A DNA stretch of 64,000 bases from Octopus vulgaris (Eukaryota), in the NCBI GenBank assembly GCA_951406725.2, contig OX597816.1, forward strand, positions 127,782,001-127,846,000, written 5' to 3'. A program made the translations under genes and the position numbers. Below the pieces are notes generated by a model, which worked only from the letters and a program-made list of their open reading frames with translations, searched no databases and was not told the origin of the DNA. Of this stretch, positions 46,420-61,096 are shown piece after piece. Position 1 is the stretch's first letter. Each line of letters begins with the position of its first letter.

Positions 46420-47290
46420 TGGGGAAATAAAAAAACCTTGGTCGTCTTGTTGTAGTTGAGGGCTCTTCATTGACGCCCACCACCACTGGGAGGTGGCCCT
46501 TGAAGTTACTGGAAATGGAGATCTCCAGGTCCAAATTCTTGGACAGCTGTTACTGGTGATGAGGAGGTGTCACATCTTGTTTGTGGTTGCTTTAAAGAAG
46601 ATGAAACAAAGAAGTAGGAGACAAGTTAGCAAAAATTATGTCCCTTAGTCCACCTCTCAAATCTTTATGAGCTGGGAGGCAGCAAAAGTGTGCCTTAATA
46701 TGTGTGTAAGTGGTGTGGGTACATATGCATATGTATATCTATGCGTATTTAGTTTGGTTTGGTCAAAGCTTTGCTTGGTGGTTCTCAGGATGTGATGGTG
46801 GAAATCTTAGTTTGAGCCCATTTATCAGCCATCATGTATACTCTCTCATGAGAACATGGTCTAAATATTATTCTCCTGCAGTTTAGATAGATGTTTGGGA
46901 TATTTTAAAGTAATTCTTCCCTTGGCTACATATAGCCTGCACTTTCTGCTACTGTTCAAATAAAGCTTGGTCTTCTCCAGGATTTTCCATTTGATCTTGT
47001 AATCTGTGACTGACGCTTTACATCAAAGACCATGTATTCATAACCAGGGCTGTAGCATTGCATTTCTTTTGGTGATTAAAGAATGGCCTATGGTTGATAA
47101 ATCTGCTCCTGAAAGGAGCTTCTGTTATGGCCATATATTTCCACATTTTTAACTGCAGTGAGAGTGACATGACTCTTGATAAGTCCCCCTCACATTTGTC
47201 TCCCATGACTTCCTTTCATCTTTACAGCAACCACAAACCAGATGTGACGCTTTGTCACTTTCTGTAACAAGAGAGCAATTGTCATTTTTT
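46420..47290 (-). mobile_element. Second Penelope-like remnant with GIY-YIG fragment and short inverted end
   Basis: The minus strand translates as KYMAITEAPFRSRFINHR..FNHQKKCNATAL...W / DYKIKWKILEKTKLYLNSSRKCRL. Inverted arms lie at 46567-46605 / 47214-47250. Confidence 0.7.
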
Positions 47291-47476
47291 TCCATACTTA
47301 CCTTCACTGATGAGCACATTTGTTAGACAATCTTTCAGAAACCTAATATCTGGTGTGAAACTGGTTGAAAAGATTGATTGTAATGGAACTACAATACTGT
47401 ATAATGTGATTGATATACCCACTCTGTTAACAAATGTAGGAGTACATGTTTTTCTGACTTACAGATTATTAGACAA

Positions 47477-47506
<30 letters not shown>

Positions 47507-47509
<3 letters not shown>

Positions 47510-47815
47510 TCATCATCATCCGCTTTCCATGCTAGCATGGGTTGGATGGTTCAACTGGGGTCTGGGAAGCCAGAAGGCTGCACAGGCCTAGTCTGATCTG
47601 GCAATGTTTCTACGGCTGGATGCTCTTCCTAATGCCAACCACTCCGTGAGTGTGGTGGGTGCTTTTACGTGCCAGACAAGGCTGGCAACGGCCACGATCG
47701 GATGGTGCTTTTTACATGCCACCGGCATGAGGCCAGTCGGGGCGGTGCTGGCAACGGCCACATTCAGATGGTTCTCTTACGTACCACCAGCACTGGTGTC
47801 ACAGCTGCAATTTCC
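47507..47815 (-). mobile_element. (GAT)n-tailed SINE, 3' part
   Basis: (cat)n ccgctttccatgctagcatgggttgg...ctggatgctcttcctaatgccaacc. Confidence 0.85.
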
Positions 47816-47865
47816 ATTGATGCTGATTGATTTTGATTTTGATTTTTTTTTTTGATTATATATAT

Positions 47866-47899
<34 letters not shown>

Positions 47900-48720
47900 C
47901 ACAACTTGCAAGCACAGAACCTGAATGCACTGTGATCTCAGAGTTACCAGGCAATGAGAGACTTGGGGATCAGTATGTATAATGATCTGTCATTTTATGT
48001 GCATCTTACCAAAATTGCAATAAAAGGTAGATAATTGTCAATTTGAACACTAAGATCCTTCACGACAAGGGACTAAGTAGTAATATTGACCCTGTGGAAG
48101 ATCTTTGCTCTCAGCCTTCTGGGCTATTGCTCTCAGCTGTGGCCACCATATACTGCAAAACAAACTGATTGAAATGATTCAATGCCATGACATTGAAAAG
48201 ATTGCCACAGTGCAGCAGATGAACTACTGAGAGGGGTTGAAGAAGTCTATAACTTTATTCCCAAGAATGAAGATGCAAGAGATATCTATCGACATACATG
48301 TGGGAAATTTTGAAGTGGTGGCATCTAACTTTCACATCTAGAGGTATACAAATGCCTTTACAAGACATTTCTGCATTGTACTGAAAGTACCATCTGCTCC
48401 ATCTAAAGTGGGGATCAGATGCTGCTATAATTTAGGTTTCAAAGTCCCACTGCTCTTCAATGCTCTGCCAAAAGAATTAAAATATTTACACAATGTGGAT
48501 GCCTTCAGAAAGTAATTTGACAGCCTCCCATACATGATATCAGATGAGCAAACATCCCGTGCCAAACTCCCTCACACCCCAGATGAGATCACAATCAGGA
48601 AAAACAACCACATTGCATGAGTGGTTATATGTGATCCTATCACCTAGAAGAAATCAACCGCTTAAGACAGCTGGGAAAAAGTAGAATGTCATATTGATTC
48701 CCTCCAGCATGACCACATCC
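47900..48720 (+). mobile_element. Old, diverged relative of the central LINE (RT C-terminal region and tail)
   Basis: Motifs RDLGISM, LRSFTTRD, LWKIFALS..GYCSQLW, NLGFKVPLLFNALPKEL are colinear with 40220-40900. ccagcatgaccac at ~48705 resembles the tail. Confidence 0.8.
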
Positions 48721-49995
48721 ACATGCATAAAAGAAATGTGTGCGTTGCTGCTATCACTAATATCTCATTCGTTTATACTCTGTTAAATTTTTGTGACACT
48801 GCTGGTTGTTTCACCATTATTATACTATATCTGATTTTTGTTCTGGAATTTTGTCTGAGTGTGGGCTGCTGCTGATGATCTGCTGAACAGTGAAGCCCTG
48901 TGATGTGGCAGAGCCATCCACTGGTGCAGATGATCATTTCATCAGCCAAATATAGTCAATGCTCAATGAGACTGTCATCAACATGAAATGGTATCTCTGG
49001 ACATAAAAAGCAGTTTAAGGCATCAAGACAACATAATAGAGCATAATAGGTTTATATTTGTTTGTATGTGGTTTCTGTGTCATGAACAGTGATAAGCTGT
49101 CATTCTATGTAGAGGACGGAAACAAAGTCAACGGATGCAGATACAAAATAAGCAAGAATAAAGAAAAACCCATTATTAATTAGAGAAAAAAGTTCAATGT
49201 AATTTTTTCCCACCTTCATCAGTCATAAATTATGCTCTCTTTTCTACAACATATAGTAATACCTTGAGATAACATTTGACCAATTCTCCTGTGTCTGTTT
49301 CTATGCATCAGCTGCATTAGTATATTGATAGCACCATACGTGACTGAAATCCAGTACTGTCCAAAACTCAAACGCCAGCACTTAAAGACATACATTATTT
49401 ATGCATATAGATACACTATATAATGCACGTTTTATTGATAATAAAATTATTTTACTTGCCATATTCATTTGCATAATTGCCTGATCATTTGAATATAGCA
49501 ACAATTCAATTGCATGGTCATCAGAATACAGTAATATTTCATACTTGTTCATTCTTACTAACATTAATATAAATACTGAAGCAACACCCCACCCTCTTCC
49601 CTTTCTCATACACATGTACACAAACACACATGCTCTGATGTAAATGGGAGGGAACAGATATTATTCAACTATAATTGCTGACATTTATTTATGGGTAAAT
49701 ATATACTTGTGCATTGTGCATTATTTTCTTTAATGTATGTGTAAACATGTCAAAAATAAATCGTATTTTGTTTTCAAATATGAATGGAGTTAACGTGAAG
49801 CCTCTAGAGTCTCGTTCATCAACACCAGAAAACAAACAAAACTGCTGTACATCCACTCATGAAATATACATAGCTCAAACCATTTCATTTATTGTGAATA
49901 GTAGGTCTTCTAATTGGTGATAAACTTATCAGGAAGATACATTTCTCAAATTTGCATTACAAGTATTAGGTTTTGTTTTCAAGGAGAGAAATATT

Positions 49996-50208
49996 GCTTT
50001 CAAATCTTGGCCCAGGGTTATCACTTTCAAGGGTTGGGGTAAGTCAATTACATCGACCCCACTGCTCAACTGATACTTACTTTATCAACCTCCCAAAAGA
50101 TGAAAGGTAAAGTCAGCCTTGATGGAATTTGAACTCAGAACATAAAGACGGACTAAATGCCTCTAAGTCTTTTGCCTAGCATGCTAACAACTCTACCAGC
50201 TCACCACC
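49996..50208 (-). mobile_element. Deu/Nin-like SINE with 20-bp TSD
   Basis: The SINE body is flanked by ttttcaagga(g/c)agaaatatt at 49976-49995 and 50209-50228. Confidence 0.85.
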
Positions 50209-50664
50209 TTTTCAAGGACAGAAATATTTAAACCATTTAGAATTCCTGACCTAAACATTCCACTGTCCTAAACCTTCCATTGTAGAGTTTTATGGACAAA
50301 TCTAGGATCATTCATGTATTATGCACATGTTTTTGCAGAATGTAGCCCCTTATCCCACCAAAAATATAACAATAGTAGCAATATCCACCTAAAAGATAAA
50401 CTTTGTAGATGGATACTAGTAGATACTAACCAAAACACTATAATTTCAAGTTGTTGGGGGTCATTCCTCTTTTCTGTTGTTACAACATTGACTGTAAATG
50501 CTCACATATCTAAACCATCTGTATAAACTTGCCATTATTTCTACCATCTATAACATCTAAACCATACTAAACCCTTTACACTTCGTACCAGAGCTGTTGT
50601 TCATTTGCAATTTTCCATGAAAACATGTTGGGCCATTATGCTGATCATTTTTTAGAAGAAGGAC

Positions 50665-51300
50665 ATCCTGAGTTCAAATTCTGCTAGGCTTGACTTTGTT
50701 CTTACTCCTTTTGGGTTGAATAAAATAAGTTCCAATTATAGACTGAGTTTGATGTAATTTCCCACCAAATATCAGGCAATGTGTCTATTGAAGAAAAAAT
50801 TATTATTATTATTCTTATAACCAAACAGAAGGCTCTGAGCTGGCAGAATCATTAGCATGCTGGATGCAATGCTTAGCAGTATTTTGTCTGTCACTACGTT
50901 CTGAGTTCAAATTCTGCTGAGGTCAACTTTACCTTTCATTATTTCAAGGTCAATAAATTATTACATTTATTCGAGGTCAATAAATGATTACATTGTCCCC
51001 AGTTGAATATTGAGGACAATGTAATCAACTATACCACCCTCCTTTAAATTTCAAGCCTAGTGCCCATAATAGAAAGGATTATTAGAACCAAACAGAGTAG
51101 TTACCACATTGGACAAGATGTTTAGCAGCATTTCTTCCAACTCCTTTTGTTCTGAATTGCAATTCCACCAAGGTCAAGTGCGCCTTTCATCCCTCTGTGG
51201 TGGTGGTGGTGGGGGGGATGAAACAAAGTATCAATCAAGTACTGGACTTGATGTCATCAACTTGCCTCCTCCCTTCCAAATTACTATGCCAAAATTAGAA
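50665..51300 (+). mobile_element. Cluster of three co-oriented decayed Deu/Nin-like SINEs (~50665-50790, ~50830-51080, ~51115-51300)
   Basis: Repeated ctga(g/a)tt(g)caa(a)ttc...gtcaa...cctttcat motifs. The middle copy keeps gagctggcagaatcattagcatg. Confidence 0.7.
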
Positions 51301-51479
51301 TTATTATATTTACTAATCATGCAGGCATATTGTCACACCAAATATATATTATTTCTAAAAGAAATTAATTTCATATATATATATATATATATACACACAC
51401 ATACATACACATATGATTTTGGTGCGAATGGTATTTTTATATAAGGTTAAAGTTTATGGCGATCACCATGCAATAACTA

Positions 51480-51600
51480 AGGAAAATAGTCTAATAAAGG
51501 GGCACATAAGCCCTTGACAGAAAAAAGAAGGCTTTGCTATCCATATGTGAGGGTAGGATCTGTCATGAGCTTATATGCCCCTTTATTAGACTATTTTCCT
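51480..51600. repeat. Hairpin with 42-bp arms (3 mismatches) and a 37-nt loop
   Basis: aggaaaatagtctaataaaggggcacataagcccttgacaga pairs with tctgtcatgagcttatatgcccctttattagactattttcct. Confidence 0.88.
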
Positions 51601-51617
51601 AAGTCATACACATGCAA

Positions 51618-51675
<58 letters not shown>

Positions 51676-52214
51676 TTAATTAATTTTTCTTAGTTTTTAA
51701 AAATGAGATATATACATGTTGTGAGATAATTTAATATGGCTGGTCAGTCTTGCAGCCATTTTTCTATATCTATTTTCTGTCCATTTTTGTTGCTAACAGC
51801 GTATCAGTTTTATTCTTTAATGTTATTTCTTTCTCCTACAAAATGTTTAATTCTAATAGATTTCAACATTCTTGCTAATACCTGCCTGCATTTTCCTCTG
51901 TCCCTGTACCTTCTTTTGTGTGCACCAATTAAAATTACCCTTGCTGCCAACTTTAATTCATTTTAGTGCTTTTTTTAGGAGTTTCTACGTAAGTGTACAG
52001 CTTGTACATTGTTCGTGTTATTCCTAACTCCTCTCATTTTTTACATCTCCATTTTTTTTAGATTCTACTGTTTTAGTATTTGGTGTTGGTTCCTTGTCTG
52101 TTGCTATCATTGCTTTTGTTAATGAAAAACATATACATGGTAGTACATTACCATTATTCAAGACGACTAGAAATAGGTCACCAAGTGAAAGTGAAGGTTG
52201 TAATGTGTTAAGAA

Positions 52215-53480
52215 GAAATAAAAAGATTATTAGTTTGGACATAAAACTTGATTAAACAAAAATGTGATGTGGGAGACTAACTCATCTATATTGTAAATGC
52301 TTGGAGTTCCTCAGTGGAAATAATGTGAAACAATAAAAACAGTTTGAGTTCAAGTGTTTAGTCAGGTATTTTGTTAGTTGTTTGAACATTGGTTTCTCAT
52401 AGGTCTGATATAATGTTTCCTATGATAGAGTTCCTGAGTGTGTGTGGTTAAATGATCAGAGTGAACATAATGTGCTAATAAACACAGCACCCATTCCTGC
52501 AAAAGTTAAAAGTTTGTGTAATAATTTACAGAGAGAAGTACAACATTTGATGCAAAACATTCTCTGTCTAGTAAAGGCTGGTTTGAAAGGTTTAAGAGGT
52601 ATCTTATTTTACATATTAGAATGACCAGTGAAGATGCTAGGACTGATACAAAGGCTGCCATTAATTAACCTGAAGAGCTGAAGAAAATAATTGCTAAGGG
52701 AGGTTGTACACCAGAACAAGTGTACAATGTCGATGAAATTGTGCTTACTTCATGTGAAGAATAATTGGCTTCCAAAAATTTTCTGGAGCTTTTTGTAGGA
52801 AAAAGGCAGCTGGTAATATGAAAGTAAAGCTCGTACTTGTGTATCACTGAAAATCCAATGGCTTATGAAAGGCTTCTCAAAATTTAATCTGTTTGTGATT
52901 TAACGTTGAGGAAGGGCTGAATGACAATGATCTTTCTCTGAAACAATTTTACAAATTTTCTTTTGCCCCACTTTTGGAAGTTAAGGTATCAGCATAATAT
53001 TTCTAACAATGCGTTGCTCATTCTAGACAATCTATGAAGCCACCCAGTGAACATAAAAGACTTTTCTGATAATATGAGAACATAACTTCTTGGCCCAAGC
53101 CAATGAATCTAGGTGTAATAGTTAACTTCTGGGTATAGTATTTGAGAAGATATTTAAATTAACTCATAAAAAGATGATAAACCTACAGTTAGAATCTATT
53201 TGGAAAAGTTCAATATTATGGATGCTGTAGATAACATGCCTGAGTCATGAAATATTAACCTTCAGCTATGAATTATGTTTGGATATGCAGATAGTCAGTC
53301 TGCATCCATGAATTTAACTGACATAACTGATTTTCTATTAGCAGAAAGCCTACACCAATTTCAATACAATATTGTAACAGCAACAAATGATGTAGTTTTA
53401 CAATCATAGATGATGTAGTTGAGTTGCTAAGGTCCCAAGAATAAGTCTATTTAATGAGGAGCTCATGCAGTTTGAACAAG
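52215..53480 (+). pseudogene. Decayed pogo/Tigger-like (CENP-B HTH + DDE_1) transposase
   Basis: Colinear fragments: IISLDIKL, VWLNDQ...AKVKSL, GWFERFKR, LKKIIAKGGCTPEQVYNVDE, LLILDN...HP, PMNLGVI..F...YLRR. Confidence 0.8.
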
Positions 53481-54179
53481 AGCTAGTTGTAGAGCAAGGA
53501 GTGTACACACACACACATGGATGTTAAATGATGATGATGATTTATATAAGGTTTCTCCATTCCACTTCAGTTGGCTGCAAGATATTTGGTTAATCTGTTG
53601 GTGCTTATAAAGAAAGGTTTGTAAGTCTTTGTTGAAAACACTCCCTACCATGAATGTAACATTAAAATTACAAGGGAAACTCACAATGCATTCTGTTCCT
53701 ACACTGAGCTGCACAAAAAGATGGTATGCTATAAACATCAAACAGCTTTGGATAAGCCCTTCACCACTTGAACAGATGCTAATGGTGATCAACAAGAAAG
53801 AAGATAATGCACCTCTTCTTCCTAGTAACTCCCATTGCACCACCTCTCAGCATGCAGCAGTCAGTATCTTTTGTCATCATTATGTACCCTATCCTATTAT
53901 GATATTATCGAATTCTTATTCATTCCCTTGTGTGTATCTCTTCAAATATTTTTCATATATCCATACAGCACTGTGTGAGTTTGCAAATTGTTATTTTCAT
54001 GCGTAAAGTGGTTGCTTTTTTGAAAAAAAAATTATGCTGGAATTCATCTCAATTTATAACATGAAAATCAATGAAAAATTTGATACATGATTCTGCATTA
54101 TAGTAAGATTTTCAAAGGCCCAATGTTTCAGCAGCCTCTTTTTCTTTCTCTTACCCATGCCTCCTATACTCCTAAGTTT

Positions 54180-54215
<36 letters not shown>

Positions 54216-54387
54216 AAACTTCAAATCAATCCTTCAAAAATCTCTAGTCATTATTTGCCTGAGGATCCTGTGAATATGCAGGCAGAAATCCAAAGTAGCA
54301 AGAAACTAATTTGGTCAAAGAAAACATATTAGTCTCTGCTATGGTATTGAGAACTCTATCTCCTGATACTCAACATGAGTGTGTCTG

Positions 54388-54745
<358 letters not shown>

Positions 54746-57700
54746 TCCTTTAAGAAAGGAAGGGAAGAAAGAAATGTGAGAGAGAGATTAAAGAAGAGAA
54801 GAATTGTCCCCTTTATTAGGCTAGTACTTTGTTTATTGCCCCTGAAAGGCTAACAAACAAATTTGATCATGGCAAGAACTGAATTCAGATTGTTAAATAC
54901 TGAAATGACTACTACAAGTTATTTTATGTGATATTTTAATGACTGCCAATTCACCTGTAATATACTAGTGTCAATTTAATTGGGTAAATTTCTTTACTAC
55001 AATTTATATCATTGTGAAGATTATTATTTTTATTATTAATAATGTTATTATTATTATTGCAGCTAATAAAGAGATTTGTTACATTTTATGACACTAAGCG
55101 ATCAATAAATATTCTTAACTAATGAAAAATTGGTTTAATATTTTAGTACCCAAGTACAGATTGAGATTAATTTCCCAAATGGACAATGATAGAAGATTCA
55201 TTCCTACTTTTCATACTTGAAGGTTTTTAGAGTGATATCAACATTTCTCATATACATCCATCGGCTTTTAAGTTTGGTGTAAGAATACCTGCTTGTATGA
55301 AGATTCCTGGTTTACTCATTCTCTTGTTACTTTTTTGATTTCCACCCCTTTTGAAAATTTTCTATCTATATTTATTCATACTCTGCAAATAATGAGAGGT
55401 TTAATAAAATGGTGATAAACAGCAATTTCTAAATTTACTTGATGATATTTGAACTCTTGCTATGGGTTAGTGATTGTTTCGATATAGTAGTCAGATTGGG
55501 GGTTTTACCATTTAGTTTTTCTCTTGCATAGCTAAGTCTCCATCAGTGGTAAACAAGGAGCACTTGTTTAAATCATGATCTTACTTGAGATTCATTGGAG
55601 TATGGTTGGTAACCTAATAAAACTTTGTTTGTAAGTTCTTTTATAACGTTGCAGCTACATTAGTGAGCCAATGAATTTGTGTTTCTAAGATATGTAATAT
55701 TTTGTAATATTACTTAATGTATTACATTCAGATGATTGAAGTTGAAAGATATGTGCAAATATTACTTCTTGGAGCAAATTTAGAGCAATGCAAATTACTT
55801 CCATGTACAAGTTAGATTCCTTATCTAACAGCATTTCAATTAAAATAGTCTTGGCCTTAATTCCCCTGTTGTATTTTTTAAATTTTAATATACTTATCTT
55901 TCTTTTGATATGTTTGGATCACATCACTTGTGATATAATTTAATCTCAATGTCTTAATTTGCGTGCTGTAGAGACTGTGTCATTAAAAGAAAAACATTCT
56001 TATAGTCCTTGTTTTATTTACATATAATATATGATATACCCATGCAGGAATCAGATACCATTCCTACTTCATGGTTAATGGACAGTAACGGAATAAAGGC
56101 ATTGATCTGTAACATTATTGGCCTCTATACGTATGCAAAAATATCATAAATCATTACAGCCATGCTAGATCTTCAAAACAGATTTAAACTTAAAATTTTC
56201 ATTCATAAGCCTCACAATCTCACATTCTCATTTTATTATAGAACTTGTATTGAGGCTTCTGCTGAAAATTTCTTTGGCTTCTCTTTTGATTTTCAACAAA
56301 GATATGCCTGATCAAGTCTGGAAGTAAACTGTATTTCTTTTAGAGAGCAGAGTATCATTGACTTGAAGCAAATACTTTCATTATTAGTAGTATTATTAGC
56401 AGTTCATATGAGCTATCATAAGGAACTGAGAACAGGTTACTCTTAAGAAATAATGAACTTTTTGAAAGAGGGTATAGTTAACTAGCTTTAGAAGATATCA
56501 TCATCCTCTTTGAGATTGACATCATGCTCTCCCACTTCATCATCACCGTCATCATCCCACTGCCTTCCTCATCATCAATCATCATTTCCAATTCCCCTTT
56601 CATCGCCATTGTTGTCATTTTCACCACCATCATTACCATCCATCATCATTATGAAAATTCATTTCTGACATGTTTACAGATGCATATTAACATCCTGATT
56701 TTCATGGTCATGGAAATTGGATAAGATTACATAGTTTAGCGTCTATAAGTGAAGGCAGAAGAGAGGTTTCTTGCTGAGAAACTGCAGGAGCTGTTCCTAT
56801 CTCAGCAAGCTATAGTTTAACAAAATACACAGCTAACTTCTGATGTTGGCAGTATGAAATTCAGTTGCAGCTGCAGAAAATTGTCAAAATCCCTGGAAGA
56901 GATCCAATGGAAATCTGGCTGCTTTATTTTCTATAGCTAGCGATACAAAGACCACCTTACAGAAATACCTGGGGTTCAAACTAAAGGAAGACAGCATGTC
57001 GTGTTATGCTTAAAAATTGCACAAACATGCCCAAAAGAAAGTTTACTTAATAGAATTTTCTGAAGAGTGAAACTCATTAACCTGAAATTTCAGCGTTTCT
57101 TTGGCTGCATATTTAATTACGAGAATTTCTCAGTAGCAGTAACTAATCTTTGACATTGTAGCTGACATTAGAAAATTTTCTGATGAGCTGAAAGATCATA
57201 ATTTGATTAAAACTGGTTCCCTCTAAATGACCTTTTTATTCATTTATTTTCCTCTTTCTTTTTGTTTTTATCATATCAAAATACATTTTTCTGCCTCCCT
57301 CCTCTTACTGATTATTTCCAATTACTTTAGTTATTTTTGCAAAGATATTTACATACCTTGAGATTACTATCTATCAGACAAATCATAAGTGTATGAAGTT
57401 TCTTTTATAGATATTTGTTAAACTTAGAAGAGTTGTGGAGTGAAAATTGGGTATGTTTAGCATATTTATCATTAATTTGCATTGAAAAGAATCTTGTATA
57501 TGAAGGTATTGTGAAGGGATGCAATTCTGAGAGGCAAAGTATGTAGAAAATGTTGAGTGTAAGATTTGAGGGATAAGGTATAATGCCTTAAACTTTGTTA
57601 AAAACATACCTCTCACTTAAAATACTTATATCATGTAAAGGCACAAATAAGAGTATATGAGTGACTTTTATATTGGATTCAGATTGCAAAACAAGCCATA

Positions 57701-58939
57701 AGCTCAGAAAAGATACTACTGTTATTTATGTTAGAAATAATAAAAATAGAATACAACTTTATGTAGACCTAAATATTATTGAGTCTAAGTGATTGGTGAT
57801 TTGTTTATCATCCAATAAATGTAGTCAATGTATGTGTGTGGTGGAACAAATTATAGTTCTCTTTCCAAAAGTGACTAAATATTTTGACTTTGAATAAAAA
57901 ATCTTGGCTTTTGTAATAGTTTGAAGCATATTAAGATGAACAGACAAACAAAACTACACCATCAGAGGTAGTTAGCATTCTCAGATTATGTAGTTGTGCA
58001 CCGTATGTTGGCTACATTTGTTAACTTATATGAAGCACAATGTCTGTAAATTTAAGGGCTCAAATATCAATGCAGCCATTATGATGAGCCAATGACTAAA
58101 TTACAATATTGCTTACTCCAAGTTCATCTGCTTCTAAAAACATTTTCTCTTCCCCCATTACATTTCCCTAAAGATGTATGTACATTTTAAGGCAAACAGC
58201 ATAAACATATTTAAATAGAATATTAATTATCTGAATGAAAACCTAAATTATCTATTAATATTTATCTTGTCCTGTATGTGCATGTGTGTGTGTAAATGAA
58301 AGCAAAACCAAACTAGTAGACACAGAAATTTAAGTCACCAGAATGGAATATGGTAAAGTACTTTATCTGTTCCTCTTCAATTTTCAGCCTGAATATGAAT
58401 AACCAAAATAAAAACTGTATGTAATGCTTTAAGGTGTCTGAACACCACTATCTTAATGTAAAAATAATGAAGTATGTTTCAGATGTATAAACTGTTGTTT
58501 GTCTATTTTAACTAGTTAGCATGAGTGGAAGGTTTGTTTCTTTTCTTCTTTTTTTTTTCCTCCAATGGAGAAGTTGTTTTCACTGTTGGATTTTTTTCCT
58601 ACTATTAAGTTCTCAACTGTTTTCAGTTAGGTACAGTGAAGAAGTATAAGCTTTGAAATCATTAGTGCATCTAAGCCCTCAACTTTATTCTCATTATGCC
58701 TATTGCAAATGCACTCACACATGTGTGTGCATATATGTATGCATGCACATGTGCACACACCACCACCATGTATGTCAAATATTAAAATGACTGTATGTAT
58801 AAAACATCTACAGAATTTCCCTTCAAAATCTAAGTTTTGAACTATACATACTGTATAAGACGAGCTGATAAAATTTCACAACAGTAGGTTACAAGTTGGT
58901 TCTGCCTATGGAAATTTTTCACAATGGATTTCATACTAT

Positions 58940-59155
58940 TGCTTTCAAATTTTGGCACAAGGTCAGCAATTTCATGGGAGGAGATAAGTTGATTACATCA
59001 CCTCCAGCACTTGACTGGTACTTATTTTAATGAGTCTATATGGATGAAAGGCAAAGTTGACCTCAGTGGAATTTGAACTCAGAACATAAAGACAGACGGA
59101 ATGCCACTTAGCATTTTGCCCAGTGAGCTAGTGATTCTGTCAACTTGCTGCCTTA
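58940..59155 (-). mobile_element. Deu/Nin-like SINE
   Basis: actggtacttatttt...ggatgaaaggcaaagttgacctcagtggaatttgaactcagaac. Confidence 0.85.
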
Positions 59156-59539
59156 GGTAACTATACTTATTAATACAACTTCCCAATCATATCTATAAGT
59201 TTCAGAAAAATACTGAGTGACAAGACTGTAGTAAATATGGAATGTTGTAGTTTAAATTTCATATTTAGTGTTTAAAATAATTTCTGATTTTGGAATTTTT
59301 TCTTTTTTTTTTTAAGGTTCAAATTTTGTGCTAAAACCTAAGCATATGGTACATATATGCACAATAATGGCTCTAAAGTTAACAATGCATTACTTAAAAT
59401 CACAGCATCTGCTGTCAGTTTGTTGATCCTTTTCAAAAGATGACTATTCAGCTGATTGTAAAAAACTCATTCACCACTGATGTATGTTATATCTTATTTC
59501 TGCCATTTTTGCCTCATTTATTATAACAGCTTCTGTTTT

Positions 59540-60400
59540 TCTGAACTACCAAGCTGCTCTCTGACCCTTATGCTTTTGAAGCAACCACTTGCTTTTCTTA
59601 TTTGGTCACCTAGGTAACAGAATGTATCAACCACTCCTATAGAACATTGTTAGCAGCCAAAAGAATTGATTTCATGGCCGCTCTTACTAACTATTTTTGT
59701 ATATCTACAAGTAAAATCTTCCTTCTCTTTCAGCTTGCTTCTGATCCCTCTATATCTTGTGCAGCCATTGTTTACATTACATGCTCCGTATGGAATTCTT
59801 ATCTACTCCTTTCCCCGATGGCTGTAGAGTCCTAATTTCTTCTTTTTAACTAAAACTTTTCTATTTTGTAGATTTATTTCTAGGCTTTTCAATTCTAGGT
59901 TTTACCTCCACTTTTCAAATTTCTTCTCTAAATCTTTGACAGATGCATCTATGATTACTAGATCATTAACATACAGAAGTTCCCTTGGATACTCAGCTTC
60001 AAATTTCATTGCTATGATCTGGAAAGCTATTATAAAACTAGTGGTGGTGGTGGGTGCTAAGAAGTAAGACCTGACTAAATTCATCTTTGAACTCATGACC
60101 AGGTTTCACCTTGCTGATCTCTTAACATGGCTTGCACTCTTCTCACAAGTTTTTCATCTACATCTAGTTTCTGTAATGACCACTAGACCACAGTGCATGA
60201 CAGCCTGTCAAAGGCCTCATCCAGATAAGTGAGTACTAGGTTTAGTGACTTGACTTTAGCTAAGAACTTACTTCATTGCTGTCTCTCTCCCTAATCAGTT
60301 ATGCTGTAACTATGTTACTTTCATATTTTAGCCTAGAAGTTTGGTGCCTCTGTATTTGCTTCTTTCTAGAGCATCCCTTCAGTTTTATATTTATTGATGC
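59540..60400 (-). mobile_element. Decayed RTE-clade LINE reverse-transcriptase fragment
   Basis: FIIAFQ....F...YPRELLYVNDLVI...SVKDLEKKFEKW resembles RTE PWELLYADDLV. LDEAFDRL at ~60205-60230 resembles DLEKAFDRV. Confidence 0.7.
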
Positions 60401-61096
60401 TGATATTGCGACTTAAGTCATTGTTTATGACACCTCCATGCAATAAACATTTGTCTTGCTTAAAAGATTCATTACTTGTAGACCTCCTATTTTTGTGTAG
60501 GCCAGTTGCAAACTCTCTTCATTATACATCACACTACACTTTACGTGTGTCTTTGCACAAATGTGTGTGAGTGTTTTAGGCAGTGCTACATTTTCTAACA
60601 AAGTATAAAATTTTTCGGGTATTAAAAACACTTTCTCCAGTATTAAATACTAAGTGTCATATCCTTTGTGACACTTCATGGTGTTCATTAAAGATTATTT
60701 ATAATTTGTATTCCCTCATGTTATATTAGCATCAATAACTATGGTCTCTCCAATGATATTACTTGGTTATATAAAGGAGTAACTATCAGTACTCAGAGCA
60801 GCTTCAGACCTTGCCAATGGAAGAGTTGAGTATAGTTTGCACATGAATTGAACTCCCACAGATTTTCTTAAGAGTTACTTCTATTTACAGCAACAGGGTG
60901 TACAGTTCTGTAGAACCCTGTTATAGCTCAGATAGACTGAGCCATAATGAGCTAAGCAGCTTGACTGTAGCCTCTTCTTTATTTAGAGTATTTTATCAAA
61001 AGGATTTCAGATGGCATATTGCATTAACAAATCGACTGATTACATACACTCATGACATGGTTGCACACACCCACATACATCTGTATCTGTGTGTAA

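Noticed and set aside
56524-56724. Hydrophobic ORF over a (CAT)n-rich tract
   Set aside because: Degenerate trinucleotide repeat with no splice or homology support.
57175-57205. ctgatgagctgaaagatc as a hammerhead (also ctgaagagtgaaactc at ~57060)
   Set aside because: Core words are present, but stems I and II cannot form.
58705-58765. Palindromic tgca/cacatgtg cluster
   Set aside because: Expected from alternating purine-pyrimidine microsatellite.
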